DNA from: Syntrophales bacterium
Lineage (GTDB): Bacteria > Desulfobacterota > Syntrophia > Syntrophales > UBA2210
Assembly: GCA_963666365.2 (NCBI GenBank)
Contig: CAXXNF010000001.1
Span: 160,001 to 224,000, forward strand
DNA length: 64,000 nucleotides
Direction: 5' to 3'
A program made the position numbers and the translations under genes. A model generated the notes under the pieces. It had not been told where the DNA came from. It saw only the letters and a program-made list of their open reading frames with translations, and ran no database searches. Numbering within the stretch: position 1 is the stretch's first letter; each line of letters starts with the position of its first letter. Below, in pieces: positions 29,601 through 38,809 of the stretch.

Positions 29601-31148
29601 GTTATAGCCGCTGAACACGATATTCGGGTTTTCAGGGTGAACCACCATCGAATAGGAATAGTCGATCTCCGACTGGTGCAGAAAACGCCAGCTTATACCT
29701 CTGTTTTCAGTCTTGAATATCCCGAAACCGCTCTTGAGCGCGTATAGTATATCGGGATTCGACGGGGCGGGAGCCACGGCATGAATTGAACCGTATCTGA
29801 ATCCGGCACCATAGGTATCGATTATCTTTTTCCAGGTTGTGCCGCCGTTCTCCGTCATAAAAACTTCGCCCACATCCGCCACTTCCCATACGGTTTCAGG
29901 ATCATGGGGACTGATCACCAGTTCGTCGGTCCAGGGATGGGTTATCCCTCCCCCTACAACGTTGGTCCATGAATCACCATTATCTTCTGTCACAAAAGTT
30001 CCTTCGCCGTTTACTGTTGCCGCATATACGGTCCCGCTACCTGGAGTGTCTGGAAGCGCAAGAAGGGATATGCTTGTGTTGAGCAGCCCCTGATTGATGG
30101 GAGTCCATGAATCTCCTCTGTCTTCTGTCTTGACTATTCCATGGGCGCGCCGGGGTAGATACAGGACGTCAGTATTGCGGGGATCTACCGCTATATCACA
30201 CATATCCCCGCTTCTTCCGGGCGGAGTAATGTTTGACCAGCTGCTTCCATTATCAGTGGATCTGTATACTCTGTCTCCCGTACCCACATACAGCGCATCA
30301 TCTTCCCGGGCCCTGCCCATAATATTTACCATACCATCAGTACCGGGCAGTCTGAGTGATATCCATGTATTACCGCCATCCACACTTTTCAGGAGGTAAT
30401 TGTCTTTCTCACTGTCAAACACTTCGTTATACACGTCAAATAGCCCCACATAGATACTATTGGTATCCGACGGGTCAACAAAAATGGTATTAACATCCGA
30501 AGCTTCACCTTTATCCAGATCGATCTGATTCCAGGACTTTCCCCCATCGATAGTGTGATACAATCCTCCTTTACCTTGATTGACTGTCCCAACCCAGATT
30601 TCATCTACTGCTCCCATGGAGATTTCCCAGATTTTTTCATCCGGCAGACTGCCTGAAATATCATCCGACCATGTCTCTCCCGAATCTTTGCTGTAATACA
30701 CCTCACCGCTGTGGAGTCCCGCGGCCAGGACGGAGGAATCGGATACTGACATTGAAATGCATTCTATTCCCCCGAAAAAATCCAATTTCAGCCAGTTGAC
30801 GCCTCCGTCGTCACTCTTATATATCAGGCCACCTGCCAGCGCATATATTTGCTGGCTGTTCTCCCATGAGACAATGATGTCGATAGTGTACATGGTCGGA
30901 TCCCCAAACTCTTTTGTCATGAACCATGTTTCGCCCCCGTCAACCGTCTTGTATATTCCTCCGCCGGCGCCACCGGCATAGAGAATATCAGGATTCTGAG
31001 AATCGATTTCCACGACGTTTATCCACCCGCCGGCAGGACCATTGGTCTGAACCCATTGGGATGCCTGTACCGTATTGAAATCCGGGATTATAAGTGTGAG
31101 GAGAGCGAGCAGGGATATCGCTGCGGTTTTTCCAAAGGCGGACATCAT
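26619..31148 (-). CDS. Large secreted BNR/Asp-box (VPS10/YCF48-like) beta-propeller protein with Ca-binding repeats and dockerin-like C-terminus
   Basis: Signal peptide; more than 20 S/T-x-D-x-G-x-x-W boxes; DTDGDG repeats; GDIDGSGSVDLADAIL...YILQGISGLR tail. Confidence 0.88.
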   Translation of the reverse strand: MMSAFGKTAAISLLALLTLIIPDFNTVQASQWVQTNGPAGGWINVVEIDSQNPDILYAGGAGGGIYKTVDGGETWFMTKEFGDPTMYTIDIIVSWENSQQIYALAGGLIYKSDDGGVNWLKLDFFGGIECISMSVSDSSVLAAGLHSGEVYYSKDSGETWSDDISGSLPDEKIWEISMGAVDEIWVGTVNQGKGGLYHTIDGGKSWNQIDLDKGEASDVNTIFVDPSDTNSIYVGLFDVYNEVFDSEKDNYLLKSVDGGNTWISLRLPGTDGMVNIMGRAREDDALYVGTGDRVYRSTDNGSSWSNITPPGRSGDMCDIAVDPRNTDVLYLPRRAHGIVKTEDRGDSWTPINQGLLNTSISLLALPDTPGSGTVYAATVNGEGTFVTEDNGDSWTNVVGGGITHPWTDELVISPHDPETVWEVADVGEVFMTENGGTTWKKIIDTYGAGFRYGSIHAVAPAPSNPDILYALKSGFGIFKTENRGISWRFLHQSEIDYSYSMVVHPENPNIVFSGYNSKPFQNWAMVRRTTDGGNTWDTSLHVDGAEAITSVVFDPSDHNTLYAGSTGSTGGKIFKSADGGNNWSNLNEHFIMNTVWGQPQLIVDPNDPSIAYAGTWLAGTWKTTNAGAHWTLLKNAPVSATSLSLTPSNSNVIYLSDRTAPKVWKSIDGGATWEVIGDFSSNGAFLVNRVLADGDRIYAATFGPGMHGGKLYKSTDAGKEWIDITGGLPRSVLDIAVNPDNPDIVYVTTHIYGAYKSVNGGADWTEMQNFPDIGAYDIEVDQVDPHIVYTCGMGGGTVPDWCMAPDGYTFSDDSGVYRSTDSGATWEQLLRTDNECRAIRLHPDDHTTLFASAMDDGLQVSTDAGKTWRACNEGLDTKVLTSCTVGGSTIYVGTQGFGVYSGDLVSTGGMSVTWQPDRSNKPSPQVYSLQIEIDPANPERIFVGANPGGLYRSDDGGATFYDKNFLTPSVVVEDPYRQGYYNFAINPKKSSQVWLGTWGKGIYKSYDGMDFDIGASGADRKMYGKHIYEVVVDPHNDAPVVYAATEEGVYKTTDEGVTWSDFSTGLDNTQVRTLDMLSDGTLVCGTLGYELYYYDPPEKTWRQMPGFGNYGTFWPLWDDRPLYQYTTLLFDPVHAENIYVGTFPAGIYKSTDGGQSWRERNVGWTNDGVFSLVFRPGNTKIIYAGTYNGVNRSLDAGEHWEMWDKGWPDEQWVFSIDFDQGNPDIMYACSKNGENEGRGREEFHGTVMKSMDGGANWFPITNGLQLDNEFYKIIVDRHDPNTLYLASQCEGVFISHDGGAGWSSWNEGLTNLKPGTNGNNVTNTMVMSADGNYLYFGSAGSGVFRRALHEDTDGDGLADSWERAFFKDLTTTEGTGDQDKDRLTDRYEYRYATDPTNGDTDGDGMSDAWEVDTTLNPLLDDGSMDWDEDSYTNLEEYFYGTDPHDPESKPIVGDIDGSGSVDLADAILAGRILTGESPDGIKKIINISGNSTIRAEEMIYILQGISGLR

Positions 31149-31326
31149 ACCACCTCCTGTGAGTATTCACTCGATTTTAATTAAAAATAGCCTATCACAG
31201 TCGCCTGTCTTGACCTACATAATAATTCCATAGAAATGAAGCTGTCGGCATTTTTCCAACTCAACTATTCTCCTGATAATTTTCGGAGACGATGTAGTTT
31301 CTTCAACAGGATTCGGTAAAAACAAC

Positions 31327-31360
31327 AAATACCCGCACCCTCGAAAGGATGCGGGTATTT
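31327..31360 (-). terminator. Intrinsic terminator
   Basis: AAATACCCGCA / TGCGGGTATTT hairpin just after the stop of the 2053-aa gene. Confidence 0.8.
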
Positions 31361-31384
31361 ATTCATGTATGTCGTTCTTCCCCG

Positions 31385-34300
31385 CTATTCCGTCGACAGG
31401 TTCCTCAGAATAGACAGTGCATCTCCCATATCGATCGCGCCGTTTCGCGTAATGTCGGCTTTTATTTTCCCGATAGTTTCCAGCGTGCCTTCATGTGCGA
31501 GAATATGAAGGATGCAGATAAAATCACCAAGATCAACGACGCCGTCGCCATTTATATCGCCGTAGTTGATGAGTCCCGTCAACGGATAATCGTGGAGCTG
31601 ATTGACTCCCGCGGCTGATTCACACAGGCTCATCACGTGCACGGCGCCGTCGGAACCGCATACCTGCAGGAGAGGCGCGCGAAAATCACCCTCTTTGTCG
31701 GTCACTCTTGACAACAGCAGGATCTCACCTTCTGAGACGTCTATTGTGCCGAAATAAAGGCCGATTCCAGTCCCGTCCCCCTGCGTCCATGTGACGGCCG
31801 ACAGGTCTCTGTCCCCATCCTCGATAACGGCAAGGGACAGCTCGCGAGGGACCGCTTCCGGAAACAGCAGTCCAAGATTCGACCATTCTTTGGTTTCTCC
31901 TTCATATTTACAAAGTCCGATTCCGGCGTTGTCCCCACTGTAGCCAAGATAGGCGCGGCGCTCATCTCCGCAAAGCGCGAAGGCGCTCCCTGCAGCTTCC
32001 AGTAAGAGTGACGGCGCTGACAGGTCCTCTTCCCATGCGAGAGCGTAAAGCTCACGGCTCTCATTTGCATAGACGATCAGACTGGGCTTCTCTGTGAAAT
32101 CATCGCTTCCCAGGGCGTCGAAGCGGAAGATCTCAGACGATGTCAATTCAACCGGGTCGGACCAGGCGCCATCGGTTGCCAGCATGCCGTAGATACCCTG
32201 ATTTCCTCCGGTTGCTCCGTCGGCCGCCCGGGTATAGAGCAGGGCTGTCGCAGTTCCGTGGGGCATGAATTTCAGATGTGCCGCCACATCGGGAAGCGCC
32301 GCCGCCTCGGCGGGCGTCGACCACTGGTTTCCCTCAGCGTTTCCGGTCGCATACATGATGCGTGAAGGCGGATAAAAATTATCGGCCTGCTCCTTGTCGA
32401 TCCGGGTCCAGGCGGCGAGCCATGTACCGTCCGAGCGTGCCATTACGGCCGTATCGGTAATGACGCCTTCCACAACCGCGATTTGCACAGGCGTTCCCCA
32501 GGCGCCGGATTCGTTCCGCCGGCTCGCCTTGAGCGCCATATTCCCTTCGGCGGTCATGTCGGTATAAAGAAGCATATCGCCGTTTCCACTGCAGGTTGAA
32601 AAAACACCCAGCGGCGGAAAGCCATCGACCACGACCGGGTCTTGCCCCTGAAATTCGGCCGGTTCGAACGTTCCCAGATCCCTGCGCTGGGTGACAATCT
32701 CCATTTCAATCAGGTACATGGCAGATTCCGTGCCGAACTGGTAATCGATGGGCCAGGCTTTCCAGTGCCATTTCTTCTGCAACTGGGCGATCCAGGTCTT
32801 CAGATATACATTGAGCACCGCCCGCAGATCGCCGCGGATGCGCCTGAAAATGGGGGAATCGCCATTGGGGTTCACGTCTATCAGCATGGCGGGCGCGCCG
32901 GTCCAGGCGTCGTCGCCAGAAAGTTCAACCGTCCCTTTGGCGCCGACGCTCCCCCGGGCCAGCATGGCGTCCACGCCCACGCCGAAGCCGAAGGCGATGT
33001 CGAGGCTTTCCGTTTTCTGGGGATCCTGTGCCTTCACGGGATCGCCCACTTCGTTTCCCCCGAGGAAATGCCGGCGCCACTGTTTCGTCTCGGCACCCTG
33101 GATCGCATAGTGTTCTTCCTGGCGGGGAAAGACGGTTTTGAAGCCGCTCAGGGACCGCACCCCGATGAGCCCCTTGGTCAGGGCGCGGACATCCATGGCG
33201 CCTGACTTGTAGAGCAGCAGGAGCACAGGACCGATCTTGGGAATGTATTTGAGCACGGGGAAAATGCTCGCCGACACCTCGACGCCCGCCTGACCGCTCA
33301 TTCCATAGAGTACGGCAAGCTCGTCAGGCTTGTTGTCGGGGGCAAACTTGTAGCTGTCGATGTGGTAAAATTCACCCGCCGGCGGAGGCGTCAACCCCAC
33401 CTTGACATCGCCGAATTTTTTGAGAAATCCTGGCGTGTATTCGTTCTTGTTGACGGTGTTTTTCGCGATGCCGCCCTTCATCTGCACATAGAATTCCCGA
33501 TCTTCACCCTTGAGGGTGGCCTCGACGCCGCCGTAGAGACTGAGGCCCATGAATCCGGGCGACAGTCCCAATATGCCGCCGATCTTGCTTTGCATCCCTT
33601 CCTTCACCTGGGTATCGATGCTGTAGACGTAATCGAGGGCGTTCGTCGCGCGGAGAATGATATTGGCCGTGAAGGTGGGAAGGGCGATGATCTTTCCCTT
33701 CGGCAGCGCATTCTGGAGTCCCTCTCCCAGCATGACCTGAGAGCCCGCCACCGATCCCATGATATCGGCCATCCCGGCGAACCACGGCGGAAGCCGCGCA
33801 CCGGTCAGTTCTTTCCCTTCAAAGGCGCCGGTGTATTCAAAATTGTAGACGTTGACGGCCCCCAGCTTCGTGACCACGATGAAGGCGGGCTTGAAAAGGT
33901 CCGGCGGAAGCTGCCAGAGCTTCACCTGACCGGTGGCCTTCACGGTATTTTGATCGGTGGCGTCGGCGGTGAAATTCGTCAGGCGCTGGTAATAGACGTT
34001 CCTGTAGCCCTCGGCGCCGCTGCGGATGTTATTCAGGAACGCGGCAACCTCCCGCGGTTCGGCAGTTTCCGCCAGATTCAGGGCAACGGGCGCATCGTCG
34101 TAACGGTTGTCCGGAAAGGCCTTCATATCGACCAGCCAGACCTCCTGGATACCGTCCTGAAGGGTCACGGTCCGGTTTGCCCCCGCCGATCCGTCATCGT
34201 TATCGAAGCCGGGCAGTGTGACGGTGTATGTCGTCTGTTCCAGGCCCACATCGAGACTCCAGGTCATCGTCAGCGGACCTTCGGCGTTAAAGGCGGTGAA

Positions 34301-37300
34301 TGCCGTCTGATTTCCGGCCTTCTTCGCCCCCGGCAGAAAGGCGCCGCGGCGGTTCATGGTCAGGCTGTCCTTGGCGATAACCGGCCCTTTGATCGGCGTC
34401 AGTGCAATCGCGTTTTCTCCTTCGAAAAGATAGGCATTGGTCCTCGGGTCGGCGGGATCGGGTACCGCCATGGAGGGGTCGAGCCGTTTTCGAAGGGGCT
34501 CGAATCCGGGCGCCGTCACCTCCAGAAACCACCCCACATCGCCCATTTCGAAAGGCCATTTGAAGGCGCCGTCGGCGCCGGTGGGATCGCCCCGCTCAGA
34601 GAACCGGCCGTAGCGGTTCCACAGACGGATTTCGGCGCCTTCGACGGGGTTTCCCGACGCGGCGCTTTTCACCGCACCCTTGAGAGCGATGCCCCTGATC
34701 ATGGTGATGATTATCTTGAATTTCAGCTTCCCGCTTGTCACGTCAAGGGTTTCCAGCCGATAGCCGTTGTAGCGCCAGTTTGTGTGTTCCGCGGTCAGAT
34801 CGTAAAATTCCAGCGGGGAGGTCAGATCAGTCACCCAGGCGCCGCCGGTGGTGGTGATCTTTGTACGGTCTTCCTCCCATTCTCCTTTATCGAACCAGGA
34901 TACCGCAATGTCGTCGATCGCTGAGCCGTCCACGGCATCCCTGGTCTCGACCAGAATGTCGTGGGAGATGGCGAGGGGATCCACGCCCGCTGTCGGAGTT
35001 GGTCCGCCGATGTTGATTCTCGCTTCAAGGTCGCCGCCGCTGCTGGTGAAATGGTACCAGTGTTCGTTGGTGTCTTCGAAATAATAATTTTCCACGTAGA
35101 GCCACATCTCGTAGGGGGTGTTCGGCGTTCCCGCGCGCCAGCGTTCGGTATAATAGAAGATACGGTCTCCCGTGTAGTCCGGGCGGATGAACTGGGGGAC
35201 CACTTCACCGTTCTTCACATAATCATAGTTGTCTTGATCGACCTGCTGCCAGGAGTAGATCTCGACCCTGGCCGTCCCGTAACTGGTGGCCTCCATGATC
35301 CCCTTCAGGTTCAGCACTCCCATGGGAAAAACTGAACTCCAGTAGTCGTAATTCTCCGGGAAGGGCGCCTCGGGGACAAGGCCGGGAGCGGGGAATTCGG
35401 CAAAGGTGAATTCATAGGGATAGGGCCCAGCATACTCCGCAGCCAGATGAGTATAGCGGGGGTGGTTGAGCGCCATAGTGTAGGCGCCCGCCGGAAGGCC
35501 CTCGATCACCCGCCGCGCCGTTCCCTTGCGGTTTTCCAGGGCCTCGCTCCGGTTGACCGGTCCGGTCAGGGTGACGGAACCGCCGTCGGCGATTTCCGCA
35601 TAGAGCGTCTCGTAGCGCACCTCCGGCATCATGACGCTCCCTTCCGACTCGGCCTTGCTGCGGTCCAGGGCCACCACCTGGTGTTCCGTCGGGCTTTTCC
35701 ACATCAGCGCCGGGTCCACCGCCGCTTCGACGGCGCATCTGTTTTTCAGGGCAAAGAGGGTGCCCGCCATGTGCTGCCCGGAGGAAAGGGCCATGCCGCC
35801 GATGCTGGTGATTCTCCCCATCATCTGGTATTTTTGAAAGGCCTGGGCGGATTTCAGGCTGTGGGGCCAGACCTGGTAATAGGGCCACATCGCGCTTATG
35901 TAGCTGCCGGACTTAATATCTTCTCCCACAAAACAGTCGCCCCAGTAATCGGTGAGACCCGGCGCCGTAATGCCATACATGCCGGGGATCAGCGAAAGGG
36001 TAAACTCGCCTATTTCGTTGGTCTTAACTTCGATCAGCCGATATTCTTCCGGTATAAACCGGGCGTAATACTCGGAGGCCCGGATTTCGAGCACCTTGTT
36101 GGCCCCGGGATAGTAGGCCGGCTGGGCGGCCCTGAAGAAATCGAAATCGTGGCTCGCCAGTTCATCGGCCAGGAGAAGCGTGGCGGTGAAGGTTACGGGT
36201 TCTGGGTCGCAGAACAGGGTCGTCTCTCGGTTCACATCGGCCACGGCGTCCAGATAGTCCGAAGCGGCAAGGGTGACGGAAAACCTGCTGTAGGCGTCTT
36301 CATTGCCGGCGTTGATGTCGCTGCCTTCGATCAGAATGGGCACGTGGCGCTCCACGGTATCATTGACCGTGGCGAGGTAGTTTCCCGGAAGAATCTTGTC
36401 GAAGACCGCCACGGCCCGGTTCTTGTCCGCCTCATAGGTGACGGTGCGGGTGCGGTCGATGCCTGCGGTGTTGCTGTCCTTCAGACCCTGCAGGCGCACT
36501 TCAAGGCCGCTAAGCATCTCGGGATCATGGTAGGGCGTGTCCACGACCACGGTAAGCGCCGTGTTCTGGAGGGTCATATCGATGCGCAGCGTCTCCTGCG
36601 GCAGGGCGGTCACCAGGTGTGTGCTCACGTTGTAGCCCAGACGCTTTCCCTGAACATTCCAGTGGACGGGAGGCAGACCGGTGAAGCGCACCTTGCCGGC
36701 CATTGTGTTGTCCCAGTAGGAGTCATTCTCCTTTCGGATGCCGCTTACACCGACCTGGGCGGGAACGAGGACGATATCCTGGTTGTCGGGATGAACGCCC
36801 TCACATTCGACGATGATGCCCTCAAGGGGCACGTTCTCCTCCTCGGTCACCGGGTTGAACCCATAGACCGAAGCGATAATGTGACTGGTGAGGGGCTTCA
36901 ACAGCACGTCGGCCCAGTGGGGACCGGTCAGCTCTTTGCTGACCTGCTCAGAATAGGATTCCCAGCCGGGGTTGCTGTCGGCCCCCTCGTTTATGAAGAA
37001 ACTGTAAAATCCCGGAGAAAGTCCGGCAAACTGGATGAAGCCCAGGCTGTCCGTCTTTCCTGACCTGTCGACGGCGGTCCCGCTGCCCGAGGGGACGCCC
37101 GTGATCCTGACCGGTATATTGGCAAGCTTCATTCCCGTCGTCACACAGGCGACTTCCACAAAGATGTCGAAAAAGGGCTCCTTGAGGGTCAGCTCCTTGT
37201 GCCACTGGTACCGCCCCCCGGCGGTGACGGAAAACTCCGCGTCGCTTGCCGGATGATAGCCGGGATGCTCCGCCTGGATCGTGTAGCTTCCCGGCTCGAT

Positions 37301-37546
37301 TCCGTCGATGGCGTACATGCCGAATCCGTCGGTTCTGGCGGTGTAGGAGCGTTCTGTTGTGTGTACCGTAACCCGGGCGGCATCTATGGGAAGCTTCGTC
37401 GCCTGGTCGGTGATCATGCCCCTCAGTTCGGCGGTATCCGAGGCCAAGGAGTCGGTCGGCGTCTGAAACGCCACGTGGGTAATAAACAGTAAGAAAACAA
37501 AGGACACGATGCGGAGGGTATTGAGTTTGTTACACTGGCTTTTCAT
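31385..37546 (-). CDS. Giant secreted protein with carboxypeptidase-regulatory-like (CarboxypepD_reg/Cna-B-like) domains and dockerin-like C-terminus
   Basis: Signal peptide; G.ITD..T..PI..A.V...TD..G.Y.I....PG.Y repeats; GDINGDGVVDLGD...ADITRNGAIDMGDAL tail. Confidence 0.82.
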   Translation of the reverse strand: MKSQCNKLNTLRIVSFVFLLFITHVAFQTPTDSLASDTAELRGMITDQATKLPIDAARVTVHTTERSYTARTDGFGMYAIDGIEPGSYTIQAEHPGYHPASDAEFSVTAGGRYQWHKELTLKEPFFDIFVEVACVTTGMKLANIPVRITGVPSGSGTAVDRSGKTDSLGFIQFAGLSPGFYSFFINEGADSNPGWESYSEQVSKELTGPHWADVLLKPLTSHIIASVYGFNPVTEEENVPLEGIIVECEGVHPDNQDIVLVPAQVGVSGIRKENDSYWDNTMAGKVRFTGLPPVHWNVQGKRLGYNVSTHLVTALPQETLRIDMTLQNTALTVVVDTPYHDPEMLSGLEVRLQGLKDSNTAGIDRTRTVTYEADKNRAVAVFDKILPGNYLATVNDTVERHVPILIEGSDINAGNEDAYSRFSVTLAASDYLDAVADVNRETTLFCDPEPVTFTATLLLADELASHDFDFFRAAQPAYYPGANKVLEIRASEYYARFIPEEYRLIEVKTNEIGEFTLSLIPGMYGITAPGLTDYWGDCFVGEDIKSGSYISAMWPYYQVWPHSLKSAQAFQKYQMMGRITSIGGMALSSGQHMAGTLFALKNRCAVEAAVDPALMWKSPTEHQVVALDRSKAESEGSVMMPEVRYETLYAEIADGGSVTLTGPVNRSEALENRKGTARRVIEGLPAGAYTMALNHPRYTHLAAEYAGPYPYEFTFAEFPAPGLVPEAPFPENYDYWSSVFPMGVLNLKGIMEATSYGTARVEIYSWQQVDQDNYDYVKNGEVVPQFIRPDYTGDRIFYYTERWRAGTPNTPYEMWLYVENYYFEDTNEHWYHFTSSGGDLEARINIGGPTPTAGVDPLAISHDILVETRDAVDGSAIDDIAVSWFDKGEWEEDRTKITTTGGAWVTDLTSPLEFYDLTAEHTNWRYNGYRLETLDVTSGKLKFKIIITMIRGIALKGAVKSAASGNPVEGAEIRLWNRYGRFSERGDPTGADGAFKWPFEMGDVGWFLEVTAPGFEPLRKRLDPSMAVPDPADPRTNAYLFEGENAIALTPIKGPVIAKDSLTMNRRGAFLPGAKKAGNQTAFTAFNAEGPLTMTWSLDVGLEQTTYTVTLPGFDNDDGSAGANRTVTLQDGIQEVWLVDMKAFPDNRYDDAPVALNLAETAEPREVAAFLNNIRSGAEGYRNVYYQRLTNFTADATDQNTVKATGQVKLWQLPPDLFKPAFIVVTKLGAVNVYNFEYTGAFEGKELTGARLPPWFAGMADIMGSVAGSQVMLGEGLQNALPKGKIIALPTFTANIILRATNALDYVYSIDTQVKEGMQSKIGGILGLSPGFMGLSLYGGVEATLKGEDREFYVQMKGGIAKNTVNKNEYTPGFLKKFGDVKVGLTPPPAGEFYHIDSYKFAPDNKPDELAVLYGMSGQAGVEVSASIFPVLKYIPKIGPVLLLLYKSGAMDVRALTKGLIGVRSLSGFKTVFPRQEEHYAIQGAETKQWRRHFLGGNEVGDPVKAQDPQKTESLDIAFGFGVGVDAMLARGSVGAKGTVELSGDDAWTGAPAMLIDVNPNGDSPIFRRIRGDLRAVLNVYLKTWIAQLQKKWHWKAWPIDYQFGTESAMYLIEMEIVTQRRDLGTFEPAEFQGQDPVVVDGFPPLGVFSTCSGNGDMLLYTDMTAEGNMALKASRRNESGAWGTPVQIAVVEGVITDTAVMARSDGTWLAAWTRIDKEQADNFYPPSRIMYATGNAEGNQWSTPAEAAALPDVAAHLKFMPHGTATALLYTRAADGATGGNQGIYGMLATDGAWSDPVELTSSEIFRFDALGSDDFTEKPSLIVYANESRELYALAWEEDLSAPSLLLEAAGSAFALCGDERRAYLGYSGDNAGIGLCKYEGETKEWSNLGLLFPEAVPRELSLAVIEDGDRDLSAVTWTQGDGTGIGLYFGTIDVSEGEILLLSRVTDKEGDFRAPLLQVCGSDGAVHVMSLCESAAGVNQLHDYPLTGLINYGDINGDGVVDLGDFICILHILAHEGTLETIGKIKADITRNGAIDMGDALSILRNLSTE

Positions 37547-37746
37547 ACCGGCACATTTCTCCTTTTCTGCTTGGTGTCATAGGCATTCGAAGAGTTTATA
37601 CAGGATTGTGTCAATATAATGGAAATTGTGCTAAAAGTACACGTGTTATCTGTTTTTTTCAGACCGGGACGGGGGAAGCAATTCGCGTCATACTCATTAC
37701 ACAATCGGCACATGCCGGTTGAATTTATACCAGGAAGAGTGCACAT

Positions 37747-38091
37747 ATGCCGGAAAGTCAAATTGAGTTAAACGATATCAGGAAGAAACAGCTGGGGAAT
37801 TTGTTGCGCGCCATGCCGGATTTCGCACACATGCTTGGCGAGCTGGTGAATGAAGCCTACAGGGACGGCGCCCTGGACAGCAAAACAAAGCGACTCATGG
37901 CGATGGCCATCGCGCTCGGCGCCGGCTGTCGAAACTGCATTCTCAGTCAGGCCGAGTCGGCCCTGGCGCTCGGCGCAACCAGGGAAGAGTTTCTAGAAAC
38001 CATTTCAGTGGTGATCAGCATGCGGGGCACGACGGGCGTCGCAGAGTCCTTGCGAGTGATCCAGTTTCTGGATGAGCTGGAGAAACTATAG
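37747..38091 (+). CDS. Carboxymuconolactone decarboxylase/AhpD-like protein
   Basis: GALDSKTKRLMAMAIA, CxxC (CRNC), GATREE. Confidence 0.85.
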   Translation: MPESQIELNDIRKKQLGNLLRAMPDFAHMLGELVNEAYRDGALDSKTKRLMAMAIALGAGCRNCILSQAESALALGATREEFLETISVVISMRGTTGVAESLRVIQFLDELEKL

Positions 38092-38154
38092 GTGGCCTGT
38101 TTGTATTCTGCATGTTGATTTTTTCTCAATAGCAGGACATCAGAACCGCTGAAA

Positions 38155-38305
38155 GAGACCTGCATAATTTCCTTTTCTGTCGTTCCGGGCTTGACCCGGA
38201 ATCCAGAAAGTGCGTGAAAAAACTGGATACCTCCCGGAGGACTTGATCCGGGATCTGCCGGCATGACGAAATTGGCGATTTTATAGGATTCTGCAAAGCG
38301 GTCTC
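38155..38305. repeat. MITE/REP-like palindromic element related to 14529-14664
   Basis: GAGACC...GGTCTC ends; internal GTCGTTCCGGGCTTGACCCGGAATCCA and TGGATACC...GCCGGCATGACG. Confidence 0.7.
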
Positions 38306-38380
38306 CGAAAGAGTGTGCCTGCGGGGATATCTGCCGACAAAGGTAAACTGGTTTTTATTAGATACCTGGCACTGAAGAAA

Positions 38381-38716
38381 ATGATGGAAGCGCACACTCC
38401 CTGCCTGCGGTGCGGCAAGTGCTGTTTCGTCGATTTGACGGCCTATGCCCGGGAAAGCGATTTCGACCGCTGGCGCGCCGAACACAGGCAGGATATTCTC
38501 GATATTATCGAACACCGTCGTCGTGTCTGGGCGGGCGACCGATTGGTATCCGCCGACACGGGCGACTTTTCTCAGGTATGTCCATTCCTGGAAAGAGAGG
38601 GCAAACAGTGGCGCTGTGCCATATACGAGACACGGCCTCTCGTGTGCCGCGAGTATCAGCCGGGAACGTCGGAACTGTGTCCGCAGTATAGGAAAAACGG
38701 CATTTATAAAAAATAG
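38381..38716 (+). CDS. YkgJ-type CxxCxxCC cysteine-cluster protein
   Basis: CLRCGKCC...CPFL...CAIYETRPLVCREY; start uncertain. Confidence 0.8.
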   Translation: MMEAHTPCLRCGKCCFVDLTAYARESDFDRWRAEHRQDILDIIEHRRRVWAGDRLVSADTGDFSQVCPFLEREGKQWRCAIYETRPLVCREYQPGTSELCPQYRKNGIYKK

Positions 38717-38809
38717 GTTCCATTCCCTTTAGCGTTTCACCTGTTTTTGCTCTTCGAATGTCGCGCAACCTGTGGTAAAAGGATGCGCATTATTCCCTCA
38801 GGAGGCACT

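Noticed and set aside
33362..37063. Long plus-strand ORFs of 520 and 538 aa
   Set aside because: Antisense shadows of the 2053-aa gene; no motifs and a composition typical of reverse-frame reading.
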